Below are positions 23,711-35,274 of a DNA stretch of 64,000 nt, piece after piece. The stretch's first letter is position 1. Each line of letters opens with the position of its first letter. Made by a program: the position numbers and the translations under genes. Origin of the DNA: Anaeramoeba ignava BMAN (taxonomy: Eukaryota > Protista > Anaeramoebae); the NCBI GenBank assembly GCA_028826165.1, contig JAPDFW010000009.1, positions 1 to 64,000 of the forward strand. The letters are read 5' to 3'. The notes below the pieces were generated by a model. That model was not told the DNA's origin. It did not search any database and saw only the letters and a list, made by a program, of their open reading frames with translations.

Positions 23711-24847
23711 TTAATAATAGCATTTTTGATCAATAATATTTGGTCCAACTTCATCATATTCTTCTTTTGAAATCCACATACCGTGGAAAGTGGATAATGA
23801 TGCTAAAATAGATCCTCCAATCCAAGGTGAATATTTACGTTCTGGAGGTGCAACTAACTTAACTCTTGCTTGTTGAGGAAATAATGCTTTGAGTTCATTT
23901 TCAAGTCTATCTGAAAATTTTGGGAAAAATGTTGATCCTCCTGATAAAACAATATTTCCAATAAAATCTCTTCGAGCATCAATATCACTTTCCATAATTG
24001 AATTATAAATGATTTTATGAATTCCTTCTAAATCAATTCCCATTAATCTTGGTTGAAATAATCCTTCACAACATTTTATTCTTTCTTCAGAAACACTAAT
24101 AATATCTCCATTTTTTAATTCATATTCTTTTTCTAAATTGAATTGATTTTGATTTTGTTTGATTTCTTCTTCATAATTAATTGAACAATAACATAATTTT
24201 TCTTTAATTTCTCTTGCCATTTCAATTTCATTTGATGTTGTAAATGAATATCCTCTTTCTTCAAGTAATTTGATTAAGAAATTAGTTAAATCAAAACCTG
24301 AAATATCATATCTATCAATTCCTTTAGGAATTTCATATCCTTCATAAATTGTTTGGGTAAGTGTTACTCCATGTCCAATATCAACAACAATTCCTGTTGT
24401 TCTTCCTGATGAATATAATGATAAAACTCCAGAATTAGCAATATAAAAAGCAGGTATATCAAATGTTTCAAACATAATTTGAGTTGTTTTTTCTCTGTGA
24501 CTTTTTGGATTAAATGGTGGATTTATCATAAGAATTGGATGCTGATTTGGATTGATTTTGATTTGATTAGCGAAAATATCATTCCATATTTTTTCCATAT
24601 TATCCCAATCTTCAACAATTCCTCTTTGAATTGGATAATTTAAATTTAATATTTCTCGATTTTTTTGAGCTTCATTTCCAATATATTCTGTTTTGGATGA
24701 AGTACTGTAATTATCATATTGATTAAGTTTTTCCCCAATAACAGATGATGTAACAGTTCTTGGTGCGTCATCTCCTGCAAATCCTGTTCTAATCTCAAAA
24801 CTTCCATTATCTAAAACGATTGCTTGAATTTCATCTTCGTCAAACAT
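23711..24847 (-). CDS. Divergent actin / actin-related protein, copy 2
   Basis: Nearly identical to copy 1, including the upstream leader. Confidence 0.9.
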   Translation of the reverse strand: MFDEDEIQAIVLDNGSFEIRTGFAGDDAPRTVTSSVIGEKLNQYDNYSTSSKTEYIGNEAQKNREILNLNYPIQRGIVEDWDNMEKIWNDIFANQIKINPNQHPILMINPPFNPKSHREKTTQIMFETFDIPAFYIANSGVLSLYSSGRTTGIVVDIGHGVTLTQTIYEGYEIPKGIDRYDISGFDLTNFLIKLLEERGYSFTTSNEIEMAREIKEKLCYCSINYEEEIKQNQNQFNLEKEYELKNGDIISVSEERIKCCEGLFQPRLMGIDLEGIHKIIYNSIMESDIDARRDFIGNIVLSGGSTFFPKFSDRLENELKALFPQQARVKLVAPPERKYSPWIGGSILASLSTFHGMWISKEEYDEVGPNIIDQKCYY

Positions 24848-24965
24848 TTTTAAAAAATTAAATTTAAAATGAAAAAAATGAAAAAAATATTTTTGCTTTT
24901 TTTTTCATTCATTTTGAAAAAAAAAAAAAAGAAGAATGAAAATTGAATCAAGGAAATGCTTAGTA

Positions 24966-26105
24966 TTAGCATTTTTGATCAATAATATTTGGTCCAACTT
25001 CATCATATTCTTCTTTTGAAATCCACATACCGTGGAAAGTGGATAATGATGCTAAAATAGATCCTCCAATCCAAGGTGAATATTTACGTTCTGGAGGTAC
25101 AACTAACTTAACTCTTGCTTGTTGAGGAAATAATGCTTTGAGTTCGTTCAAAAGTCTATCTGTAAAATTTGGGAAAAATGTTGATCCTCCTGATAAAATA
25201 ATGTTTCCAATAAAATCTCTTCGAGCATCAACATCACATTCCATAATTGAATTATAAATGATTTTATGAATTCCTTCTAAATCAATTCCCATTAATCTTG
25301 GTTGAAATAATCCTTCACAACATTTTATTCTTTCTTCAGAAATACTAATAATATCTCCATTTTTTAATTCATATTCTTTTTCTAAATTGAATTGATTTTG
25401 ATTTTGTTTGATTTCTTCTTCATAATTAATTGAACAATAACATAATTTTTCTTTGATTTCTCTTGCCATTTCAATTTCATTTGATGTTGTAAATGAATAT
25501 CCCCTTTCTTCAAGTAATTTGATTAAAAAATTAGTTAAATCAAAACCTGAAATATCATATCTATCAATTGCGTTAGGAATTTCATATCCTTCATAAATTG
25601 GCTGAGTATGTGTTACTCCATGTCCAATATCAACAATAATTCCTGATCCTCTTCCTGATGAATATAACGATAATTTTCCAGAATTAGCAATATAAAAAGC
25701 AGGTATATCAAATGTTTCAAACATAATTTGAATTGTTTTTTCTCTGTGACTTTTTGGATTAAATGGTGGATTTATCATAAGAATTGGATGTTGATTTGGA
25801 TTGATTTTGATTTGATTAGCGAAAATATCATTCCATATTTTTTCCATATTATCCCAATCTTCAATAATTCCTCTTTGAATTGGATAATTTAAATTTAATA
25901 TTTCTCGATTTGTTTGAGCTTCATTTCCAATATATTCTGTTTTGGATGAAGTACTACTACTATTATAACTATCATATTGATTAAGTTTTTCCCCAATAAC
26001 AGATGATGTAACAATTCTTGGTTCATCATCTCCTGCAAATCCTGTTCTAATCTCAAAACTTCCATTATCTAAAACGATTGCTTGAATTTCATCTGGGTCA
26101 AACAT
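24966..26105 (-). CDS. Divergent actin / actin-related protein, copy 3
   Basis: More diverged paralog; ends QKC* because a TAT codon has become TAA. Confidence 0.9.
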   Translation of the reverse strand: MFDPDEIQAIVLDNGSFEIRTGFAGDDEPRIVTSSVIGEKLNQYDSYNSSSTSSKTEYIGNEAQTNREILNLNYPIQRGIIEDWDNMEKIWNDIFANQIKINPNQHPILMINPPFNPKSHREKTIQIMFETFDIPAFYIANSGKLSLYSSGRGSGIIVDIGHGVTHTQPIYEGYEIPNAIDRYDISGFDLTNFLIKLLEERGYSFTTSNEIEMAREIKEKLCYCSINYEEEIKQNQNQFNLEKEYELKNGDIISISEERIKCCEGLFQPRLMGIDLEGIHKIIYNSIMECDVDARRDFIGNIILSGGSTFFPNFTDRLLNELKALFPQQARVKLVVPPERKYSPWIGGSILASLSTFHGMWISKEEYDEVGPNIIDQKC

Positions 26106-26212
26106 TTTTAAAAAATTAAAATTAAAATTAAAAAAATGAAAAAAATATTTTTGCTTTTGGATTTTTTCCCATTTTTCCCATTTTTCATTTTTCATTTTTT
26201 TTCTTCTTAAAA

Positions 26213-27991
26213 ATGAAAGATATTATATTTTTTGGTTCAAATGAAAAACCAAAACTTATAAAAAATGAACCAAATGAAATAACAAAATCAATTCAATTTA
26301 AATTTGAAAATGAAAATGAAAATGAAAAACAAATTAAACAAATTTCATCAGGTTATTTATCAACAATTTTCCTTTTTGATAAAAATGGAAAAGCAATAGA
26401 ATATTCAAGAGAAAATGATTCAAATCAAAATCCTGAAAAAATCCAAATTAAAAATATTCAAAAAGTAACTGTTGGTAATGAAAATGAAACTATTTTAACA
26501 ATAGAAGGAAATGTATTTGCAAAAGGAGAAAATATTAATCCAAATAATCCAAATCAATTTATCAATATTTCATCATTAATTGAAGATAAAAATGATAGAA
26601 TAATTCAAGATATTGTTTCTGGAACTAAATCAATTTATTTATTAACTTCAAATCAAAATGCTTATGGAATTGGTTCAAATTATTATGGTCAACTTGGTTT
26701 TGATTCTGAAACATTTCAAGAAACAGAAAAACCAATTTTAATGATGAAAAATGTTTCTAAAATATTTTCAGGAAATTCTTCTTATTGTGTTTTTCTTTTA
26801 AATTCAAATCAAGAATTATTTGGATGCGGATATACTGAATATGGTCAACTTGGATTAGGAGAATCAATAAGAGAAGAAACAATCCAAAAATTAACCAAAA
26901 TCCAAAATATTCCAAAAGGCAAAATAATTGATATTAAATGCGGATATTTTCATTCAATAATGTTGATTGAAAATGAAAATGAAAATCCAAAAAGAAAACT
27001 TTATTCATGTGGAGATTATTCATTTAATGGATTTGGGAAAGATCTAGATGTTTATGAATTTACTGAAATCAAATCATCTTTATTTGAAAATGATGATGAT
27101 ATTCTTGATTTTTCTTGTGGGAATTCACATACTTTGATTTTAACTTCAAAAGGAAAACTGTTCGGATTTGGAAGTAATTTATTTGGTGAATTAGGAAATC
27201 GGAACACAATAAATTTTCAATTAATTCCAATTCAAATTGAACTTCCTAAATTAAGATTTAAAGAAGATATTTCCAATTATCATATTTCTTGTGGAGATAA
27301 TAGATCATTTCTTTATTATTCTCCTTTTTCTTTTTCCAATCTTGAAGAAGATTTGATAAAATTATTTAGAAGAAAAGAATTTTGTGATATTTCATTTAAA
27401 ACCAGAAAATGGAGAAATAATTAAAGCTCATAAATTAATATTGAAATATAGATTAAAAATCAAAATCAAAATCAAATTGAAAAACTTCAAGAAATTATTT
27501 CAAATAAATCAATTAAAGAATCAAATCAAATATTTGAAATGATTTATTCAAACAATTCCAAAATAAATCCAAAATTATATTCTGAAATTAAAGAAATTAT
27601 AAATTCAAATGAAAAAATTGAAGAAACAATGAAAAGAATTTATTTAAATGAAAATGAAAATGAAAATGAAAAAGATTTTATTATTGAAAGAAAAGAAAAA
27701 CAATATAAATTTCCTAAATTAATATTAATAATGAGAAGTGAATTATATCGAGGAATGTTTTTATCTGTAACTGAAGATAAATCTAATAAAGTTACAGATT
27801 ATAGTGAATTAAGTAATAAATCATTTCAAATATTTGAATATTGGATTTATTCAAATCAAATCAAAGAAGAAATTCAAATTACAAACGATATAATTGATGA
27901 AATACAAATTGGAATTGATTATTTTCAATTAAATCAAACAAATCCAAATTTATTTGATTTATTAATAAATAAATTTAAAAATAAAAATTAA
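26213..27991 (+). CDS. RCC1-BTB copy E, split by two compensating indels (~27404 and ~27455); pseudogene or assembly error
   Basis: ORFs 26213-27424 and 27539-27991 are in the same frame; +1 and +2 insertions relative to paralogs. Confidence 0.75.
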
Positions 27992-28710
27992 AAATTAAAA
28001 TTAAAATTAAAATCAAAATCAAAAATCAAAATCAAAATCAAAATTAAAATTAAAATTAAAAATTAAAATCAAAATCAAAATTAAAATTAAAATTAAAATC
28101 AAAATCAAAATTAAAATCAAAATCAAAATTAAAATTAAAATTAAAATCAAAATTAAAATTAAAATTAAAAATTAAAATTAAAATTAAAAAAATCAAAATT
28201 AAAATTAAAATTAAAATTAAAATTAAAATTAAAATCAAAATCAAAATTAAAATTAAAATTAAAATTAAAATTAAAATTAAAATTTAAAATTAAAATTAAA
28301 ATTAAAAATTAAAATTAAAATTAAAAAAAAATTAAAATTAAAATTAAAATTAAAATTAAAATCAAAATCAAAATCAATATTAAAAATCAAAATCAAAATT
28401 AAAATCAAAATCAAAATTAAAATTAAAATTAAAATTAAAATTAAAATTAAAATCAAAATCAAAATTAAAATTAAAATCAAAATCAAAATCAAAATTAAAA
28501 TCAAAATCAAAATCAAAATCAAAATCAAAATTAAAATCAAAATTAAAATTAAAATTAAATTTAAAATTAAAATTAAAATTAAAATCAAAATTAAAATTAA
28601 AATCAAAATTAAAATTAAAATTAAAATTAAAATTAAAATTAAAATTAAAATTAAAATTAAAATCAAAATCAAAATTAAAATTAAAATCAAAATTAAAATT
28701 AAAATCAAAA
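27992..28710 (+). repeat. (AAAATT/AAAATC)n microsatellite between RCC1-BTB copies
   Basis: Visible; similar shorter tails follow copies A, B, C, D and the fragment. Confidence 0.95.
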
Positions 28711-28752
28711 TAAAAATTCCAAAATCATTTTTTCATTTTTTTCTTTTCAAAA

Positions 28753-30537
28753 ATGAATGATTGTTTATTTTTTGGAAGAAATAAAAATTCAATTCTTATC
28801 AAGAATAAACCAGATTCAATAGCAAAACCAACTCAATTTAAATTTGAAAATGAAAATGAAAATGAAAATGAAAATGAAAAAGAAATTAAACAAATTTCAT
28901 CAGGTCTTTATTCAACAATTTTCCTTTTTGAAAATGGAAAAGCAATAGAATATTTAAAAGAAAATGATTCAAATCAAAATCCTGAAAAAATCCAAATTGA
29001 AGAAAATATTCAAAAAGTAACTGTTGGTTATGCAAATGAAGCTATTTTAACAATAGAAGGAAATGTATTTGCCAAAGGATATGATATTAATCCAAATAAT
29101 CCAAATAAATTTATCAATATTTCATCATTAATTGAAGATAAAAATGATAAAATAATTCAAGATGTTATTTCTGGAATATATTCGATTTACTTATTAACTT
29201 CAAATCAAAATGCTTATGGAATTGGTTCAAATCAATTTGGTCAACTTGGTTTCGATTCTGAAACACTTCAAGAAACAGAAAAACCAATTTTAATGATGAA
29301 AAATGTTTCTAAAATATTTTCAGGAAATTCTTCAGATTCTGTTTTTCTTTTAAATCCAAATCAAGAATTATTTGGATGCGGATATAATCAATATGTTCAA
29401 CTCGGATTAGGAGAATTAGTAAAAGAAACAAAAATTCAAAAATTAACCAAAATCCAAAATATTCCAAAAGGCAAAATAATTGATATTCAATGTGGGTTTT
29501 ATCATTCAATAATGTTGATTGAAAATGAAAATGAAAATCAAAATGAAAATCCAAAAAGAAAACTTTATTCATGTGGGCATTATCAATATAATGGACTTGA
29601 CACAAATGTCTATGAATTTACTGAAATCAAATCATCTTTATTTGAAAATGATGATAATATTATTGATATTTCTTGTGGTGATGATTATACTTTGATTTTA
29701 ACATCCAAATCAAAACTAATAGGATTTGGAAGTAATTATTTTGGTCAATTAGGAAATCGGAACACAATAAATTTTCAATTAATTCCAATTCAAATTGAAC
29801 TTCCTAAATTAAGATTTAATGAAAATATTTCCAATTATCATATTTCTTGTGGATATGATAAATCATTTCTTTATTATTCTCCTCCTTCTTTTTCCAATCT
29901 TGAAGAAGATTTGATAAAATTATTTAGAAGAAAAGAATTTTGTGATATTTCATTTAAAACCGAAAATGGAGAAATAATCAAAGCTCATAAATTAATATTG
30001 AAATATAGATTAAATCAAAATCAAAATGAAATTGAAAAACTTCAAGAAATTATTTCAAATAAATCAATTAAAGAATCAAATCAAATATTTGAAATGATTT
30101 ATTCAAACAGAATAATAAATCCAAAATTATATTCTGAAATTAAAGAAATTATAAATTCAAATGAAAAAATTGAAGAAACAATGAAAAGAATTTATTTAAA
30201 TGAAAATGAAAATGAAAAAGATTTTATAATTGAAAGAAAAGAAAAACAATATAAATTTCCAAAATTAATATTAATAATGAGAAGTGAATTATATCGAGGA
30301 ATGTTTTTATCTGTAACAAATGATACATCTAATAAAGTTACAGATTATAGTGAATTAAGTAATAAATCATTTCAAATATTTGAATATTGGATTTATTCAA
30401 ATCAAATTAAAGATGAAATTCAAATTACAAAAGAAATTATTAATGAAATTGAAATTGGAATTGATTATTTTCAAATAAATCAAACAAATCCAAATTTATT
30501 TGATTTATTAATTAACAAATTTAATAATCAAAATTAA
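28753..30537 (+). CDS. RCC1-repeat + BTB protein, copy F
   Basis: Intact 594-aa paralog. Confidence 0.9.
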   Translation: MNDCLFFGRNKNSILIKNKPDSIAKPTQFKFENENENENENEKEIKQISSGLYSTIFLFENGKAIEYLKENDSNQNPEKIQIEENIQKVTVGYANEAILTIEGNVFAKGYDINPNNPNKFINISSLIEDKNDKIIQDVISGIYSIYLLTSNQNAYGIGSNQFGQLGFDSETLQETEKPILMMKNVSKIFSGNSSDSVFLLNPNQELFGCGYNQYVQLGLGELVKETKIQKLTKIQNIPKGKIIDIQCGFYHSIMLIENENENQNENPKRKLYSCGHYQYNGLDTNVYEFTEIKSSLFENDDNIIDISCGDDYTLILTSKSKLIGFGSNYFGQLGNRNTINFQLIPIQIELPKLRFNENISNYHISCGYDKSFLYYSPPSFSNLEEDLIKLFRRKEFCDISFKTENGEIIKAHKLILKYRLNQNQNEIEKLQEIISNKSIKESNQIFEMIYSNRIINPKLYSEIKEIINSNEKIEETMKRIYLNENENEKDFIIERKEKQYKFPKLILIMRSELYRGMFLSVTNDTSNKVTDYSELSNKSFQIFEYWIYSNQIKDEIQITKEIINEIEIGIDYFQINQTNPNLFDLLINKFNNQN

Positions 30538-30539
30538 TA

Positions 30540-31380
30540 AAGAAAATAAGAATAAGTTTAATTTAATATTTAATTTATAAATTAATTTAAAAATATAATT
30601 TAATATTTAATTTTATTATTAAAATAATAATTTATTGTTTTAGATTTAAATATTTTATTATTTAAATCTAAAACATATAAATATAAAAAATAAGAATAGA
30701 TTTAATTTAATATCTAATTTATAAATTAATTTAAAAATATAATTTAATATTTAATTTTATTATTAAAATAATAATTTAATGTTTTAGATTTAAATATTTT
30801 ATTATTTAAATCTAAACATATAAATATAAAAATAAGAATAGATTTAATTTAATATTTAATTTATAAATTAATTTAAAAATATAATTTAATATTTAATTTT
30901 ATTATTAAAATAATAATTTAATGTTTTAGATTTAAATATTTTATTATTTAAATCTAACATATAAATATAAAAATGAAAATAGATTTAATTTAATATTTAA
31001 TTTATAAATTAATTTAAAAATATAATTTAATATTTAATTTTATTATTAAAATAATAATTTATTGTTTTAGATTTAAATATTTTATTATCAAATATTTAAC
31101 ATATAAATATAAAAATGGGAATAAGTTTAATTTAATATTTAATTTATAAATTAATTTAAAAATATAATTTAATATTTAATTTTATGTTTAAAATAATAAT
31201 TTAATGTTTTAGATTTAAATATTTTATTATTTAAATATTTAACATATAAATATAAAAATAAGAATAGATTTAATTTAATATTTAATTTATAAATTAATTT
31301 AAAAATATAATTTAATATTTAATTTTATTGTTTAAAATAATAATTTAATGTTTTAGATTTAAATATTTTATTATTTAAAA
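30540..31380. repeat. ~143-bp tandem repeat, 6 copies, with internal palindromes
   Basis: Units start near 30544, 30688, 30830, 30970, 31113 and 31256; the first contains a perfect TGTTTTAGATTTAAATA-N6-TATTTAAATCTAAAACA stem. Confidence 0.9.
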
Positions 31381-31784
31381 ATATTTTGAAAATTGATTTT
31401 TTTGAAATTAAAATTTTATCTTTTTTTTTGAATTAAATTGAATTAATATTAATTTGGAAATTTGTTTTAAAATTTAAATTTATTAATAATTTTTAAATTC
31501 CAAAAAAAAAAATTAAATTAAAAATTAAATTAAAATAATTTTCCTTTTTTTTTAATAATAAAAATTAATAAAAAATAATAATTTATTAATAAATTAATTT
31601 AAAATAATAAATTAAAAAGAAAATTAAATTAATTATTAATTTAAATTTATTCTTATTTTTTATATTTTTATTTATTTTCAAAATCCACTTTTTTTATTCA
31701 TTTTTTAAATTTTTTTTTTTCATTTTTTTCCTTTTTTTTAAAAACAAAAACACAAAAACAAAAACACAAAAAACAAAAAACAAA

Positions 31785-33482
31785 ATGGATAATAATAATA
31801 ATAACCAAATTGAAAATGCAAATCAAAATCAAAATGAAAATGAAATGAAAAATTTAGAAAAAAAAGTAACAAAAAATTTAATTAAAGATTATTCAAACCT
31901 TTTAAATGGAAATTCATTTAAAGATTTTTCAATTTTTGTTGAGAATAAATCAAATCCTTTTGAAATTAAAGTTCATAAATCAATTTTATCTTCAAGATCT
32001 CCTTTTTTTAATGAGTCATTAAGACAAGAATCTCTTTCTATTTCTTTAAATCAATTTAATAAAAAAGAAATGGAATCAATTTTGAGTTATATTTATTATG
32101 GAAATATTTCTTTTGAGAATCAAGAAAATCTTCTTCAATTATTGGAAATTTCAATTTATTTTAAATTAAATTTATTGAAAGAAATTATTCAAAAAAAAAT
32201 TTTAAATTCAATTAATTATTCAAATTTTTTCCAATTTTTATTCCAAAATCGAAATTTAAATTCAAATGAAATTGAAATAAAATGTTTTGAATTAATAAAT
32301 CAAAATTTTTCCCAAATTCAAAATAATGAGAATTTATTCAATTTAACTAAAGAAGAAATTATCAAATTTATTCAATTTAAACAAGAAAAAAAAGAAATTT
32401 TTCAATTTGATTTTTTTCAATTTTTAAATAATTGGATTGAAAAAAGAAATCAAAGATTAAAAGGAAAGAAAGAAAAAGAAAAAGAAAAAGAAAAGGGAAT
32501 TGAAAAGAAAAGATTATTTCATTCTTTTTTTTCATTATTTGATAAAGATTCAATTTCAAAACAAGATTTTGATAAATTAAAACAATTTGATTTTTTTCCT
32601 AAATCTTTTTTAGTTGATATTCAAAACAAAGTTATTCAAGATAATCAAAAAGAAATTGAAAAGAAAGAGAAAGAAAATCAACAAATGAAAATTGAAATTG
32701 AAGATAAAAACAAAGAAAATCAAAAACAAAAACAAGAAATTGAAGAGAAATGGAAGAAAGAAATTGAGAATAAAGAGAAAGAAAATCAACAAATGAAAAT
32801 TGAAATTGAAGAGAAATGGAAGAAAGAAGTTGAAGAGAAAAACAAAGAAATTGAAGATAAATGGAAGAAAGAAGTTGAAGAACTTAAATCCAAATTTGAA
32901 TTAATGGAATTACAAAAGATTTTTTCAGATTCAGAAATTGTGAAAGATATTGAATATGTTAAGAAATTACAAGAATGGATAAATGATAATGATTTTTTTT
33001 CTAAAATGAAAAAAGGATTTTCAGCAAAAAGAGATGGTTTTAATTCTCAAAATTGGCATAAAGCAGTTGATGGGAAAGGAAAAACATTAGTTATTATCAA
33101 AACAAAAGATAATTTTATTTTTGGAGGTTTTACTCAAGTTGGATTTAAACATTCACAATATGGAGAAAACATTCATGACTCAAATGCATTTATTTTTTCA
33201 TTAAGAAATGATAAAGGGGATAGAATACCTGCAAAGTTTACAATTCAAAAAGGTCAAGAAGGTTATGCAATTTATTCTTATTTAAGTTATGGTCCAATAT
33301 TTGGTAATGGTAGTGGACATGATTTTCTATTAAGTTCTAATTTACAACCTGGTGATTCAAATTTTGGTTGTAGTTATAATCTACCTAATGGAATTACTTA
33401 TAATACAGATTCAGGTAGAAGTTATTTAGCTGGTTCTGAAAATAAATGGGTTGTTGATGAAGTTGAAACTTATTTCATTTAA
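31785..33482 (+). CDS. BTB/POZ - coiled coil - TLDc domain protein (intronless)
   Basis: DFSIFV...IKVHKSILSSRSPFF BTB; FSAKRDGF..QNWHKAVDGKGKTLVIIKT..FIFGGFT...FIFSL...YGPIFG...VDEVETY TLDc. Confidence 0.9.
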   Translation: MDNNNNNQIENANQNQNENEMKNLEKKVTKNLIKDYSNLLNGNSFKDFSIFVENKSNPFEIKVHKSILSSRSPFFNESLRQESLSISLNQFNKKEMESILSYIYYGNISFENQENLLQLLEISIYFKLNLLKEIIQKKILNSINYSNFFQFLFQNRNLNSNEIEIKCFELINQNFSQIQNNENLFNLTKEEIIKFIQFKQEKKEIFQFDFFQFLNNWIEKRNQRLKGKKEKEKEKEKGIEKKRLFHSFFSLFDKDSISKQDFDKLKQFDFFPKSFLVDIQNKVIQDNQKEIEKKEKENQQMKIEIEDKNKENQKQKQEIEEKWKKEIENKEKENQQMKIEIEEKWKKEVEEKNKEIEDKWKKEVEELKSKFELMELQKIFSDSEIVKDIEYVKKLQEWINDNDFFSKMKKGFSAKRDGFNSQNWHKAVDGKGKTLVIIKTKDNFIFGGFTQVGFKHSQYGENIHDSNAFIFSLRNDKGDRIPAKFTIQKGQEGYAIYSYLSYGPIFGNGSGHDFLLSSNLQPGDSNFGCSYNLPNGITYNTDSGRSYLAGSENKWVVDEVETYFI

Positions 33483-33954
33483 AAATTAATTAATAATAAG
33501 AAAATCAAACTTTTTTTTTTTAATTTTTTTTTTCAAAATTTAATTCAATTTTAATTTACTTTTAATCAAATTAATTTCTTCAAAATAATAAATAAGAAAC
33601 AAATTTTAATTTTAAATAATTTAATTTTAATTTAAAATATTTATTAAAAATTTAATTAATAAAAAATAATCCAAAAAAAAAAATAATAAATTTTAAAAAA
33701 TTGAATATTTTTAATATTATAAATAAAAATAAAAATTGAAAATAGAAATTAATAATAATTAAATTTAAATTCATTAATTAAAATATTAAAATAAAAAAAA
33801 TCAAATAAAATTTATTATTAATTAATATTTAAATATTAATAAATTATAATCAAAATCAAAAATAGAATAATTAGTAAATTATTTTTAGAAAGTTTATCTT
33901 ATTCAATCATGTTAAATTCAATTTATTTAAAATTTTTTAATTTTTTAATTTTAT

Positions 33955-34450
33955 TTTTTAATATATTTTATTATAATTAAAATTGGAATAATAAATAATC
34001 AAAAATATTAATTTATAATAAATAAAAATATTATATTCAAATTAAAATAAAATAAATTTAAATTAAATTATTATTAAATATTATTAAAATTAAATATATA
34101 TCTTTATTAAAATATTTATTCCACTTTTTAATATATTTTATTATAATTAAAATTGGAATAATAAATAATCAAAAATATTAATATAATAAATAAAAACATT
34201 ATTCCAAATTAAAATAAAATAAATTTAAATTAAATTATTATTAATTATTATTAAAATTAAATATATATATTTATTAAAATATTTATTCCACTTTTTAATA
34301 TATTTATTATAATTAAAATTGGAATAATAAATAATTAAAAATATTAATATAATAAATAAAAATATTAAATTAAATTAAAATAAAATAAATTTAAATTAAA
34401 TTATTATTAAATATTATTAAAATTAGATATATATCTTTATTAAAATATTT
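33955..34450. repeat. ~168-bp tandem repeat, 3 copies
   Basis: Units start ~33955, 34125 and 34292; each has AAAATTGGAATAATAAAT. Confidence 0.85.
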
Positions 34451-34463
34451 CAATTTTCTTCTC

Positions 34464-34739
34464 AATTTTATTAAATTATTGAGAATAATTTTATATTATT
34501 TTAAATAAAGAAATATTAATAAAATATATAAAATATAATTAATTTTAAATTTAATTATTTAATATTCTTTATTCCATTTTTGAAATAAATTAATTCAAAT
34601 ATTTTATTAATTTTATTAAATTATTGGGAATAATTTTATATTATTTTAAATAAAGAAATATTAATAAAATATATAAAATATAATTAATTTTAAATTTAAT
34701 TATTTAATATTCTTTATTCCATTTTTGAAATAAATTAAT
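34464..34739. repeat. ~145-bp tandem repeat, 2 copies
   Basis: AATTTTATTAAATTATTG(A/G)GAATAA...ATTCCATTTTTGAAATAAATTAAT occurs twice. Confidence 0.85.
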
Positions 34740-35063
34740 GAAAAAGATTTTATAATTGAAAGAAAAGAAAAACAATATAAATTTCCAAAATTAATATTAA
34801 TAATGAGAAGTGAATTATATCGAGGAATGTTTTTATCTGTAACTGAAGATACATCAAATAAAGTTACAGATTATAGTGAATTAAGTAATAAATCATTTCA
34901 AATATTTGAATATTGGATTTATTCAAATCAAATTAAAGAAGGAATTCAAATTACACAAGAAATAATTGATGAAATTGAAATTGGAATTGATTATTTTCAA
35001 TTAAATCAAACAAATCCAAATTTATTTGATTTATTAATTAAGAAATTTAATAATCAAAATTAA
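34737..35063 (+). pseudogene. 5'-truncated RCC1-BTB fragment (last BTB-like segment only)
   Basis: Begins at NEKDFIIERKEKQYKFPKL and runs to the family stop, followed by an (AAAATT)n tail. Confidence 0.85.
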
Positions 35064-35274
35064 AATTAAAATCAAAATCAAAATTAAAATTAAAATTAAA
35101 ATTAAATTAAAATTAAAATCAAAATTAAAATCAATATCAATATCAATATCAATATCAATATCAATATCAACATCAATATCAAAATCAAAGGAGTAGTTTA
35201 ACCATTTTTTCATTTTTCATTTTTCATTTTTCATTTTTTCATTTTTCATTTTTATTTTTCATTTTTTAAAATAA

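Noticed and set aside
4490-30537. Diversity-generating retroelement behind the RCC1 variability
   Set aside because: No reverse transcriptase or template repeat in the window, and substitutions are not confined to adenines.
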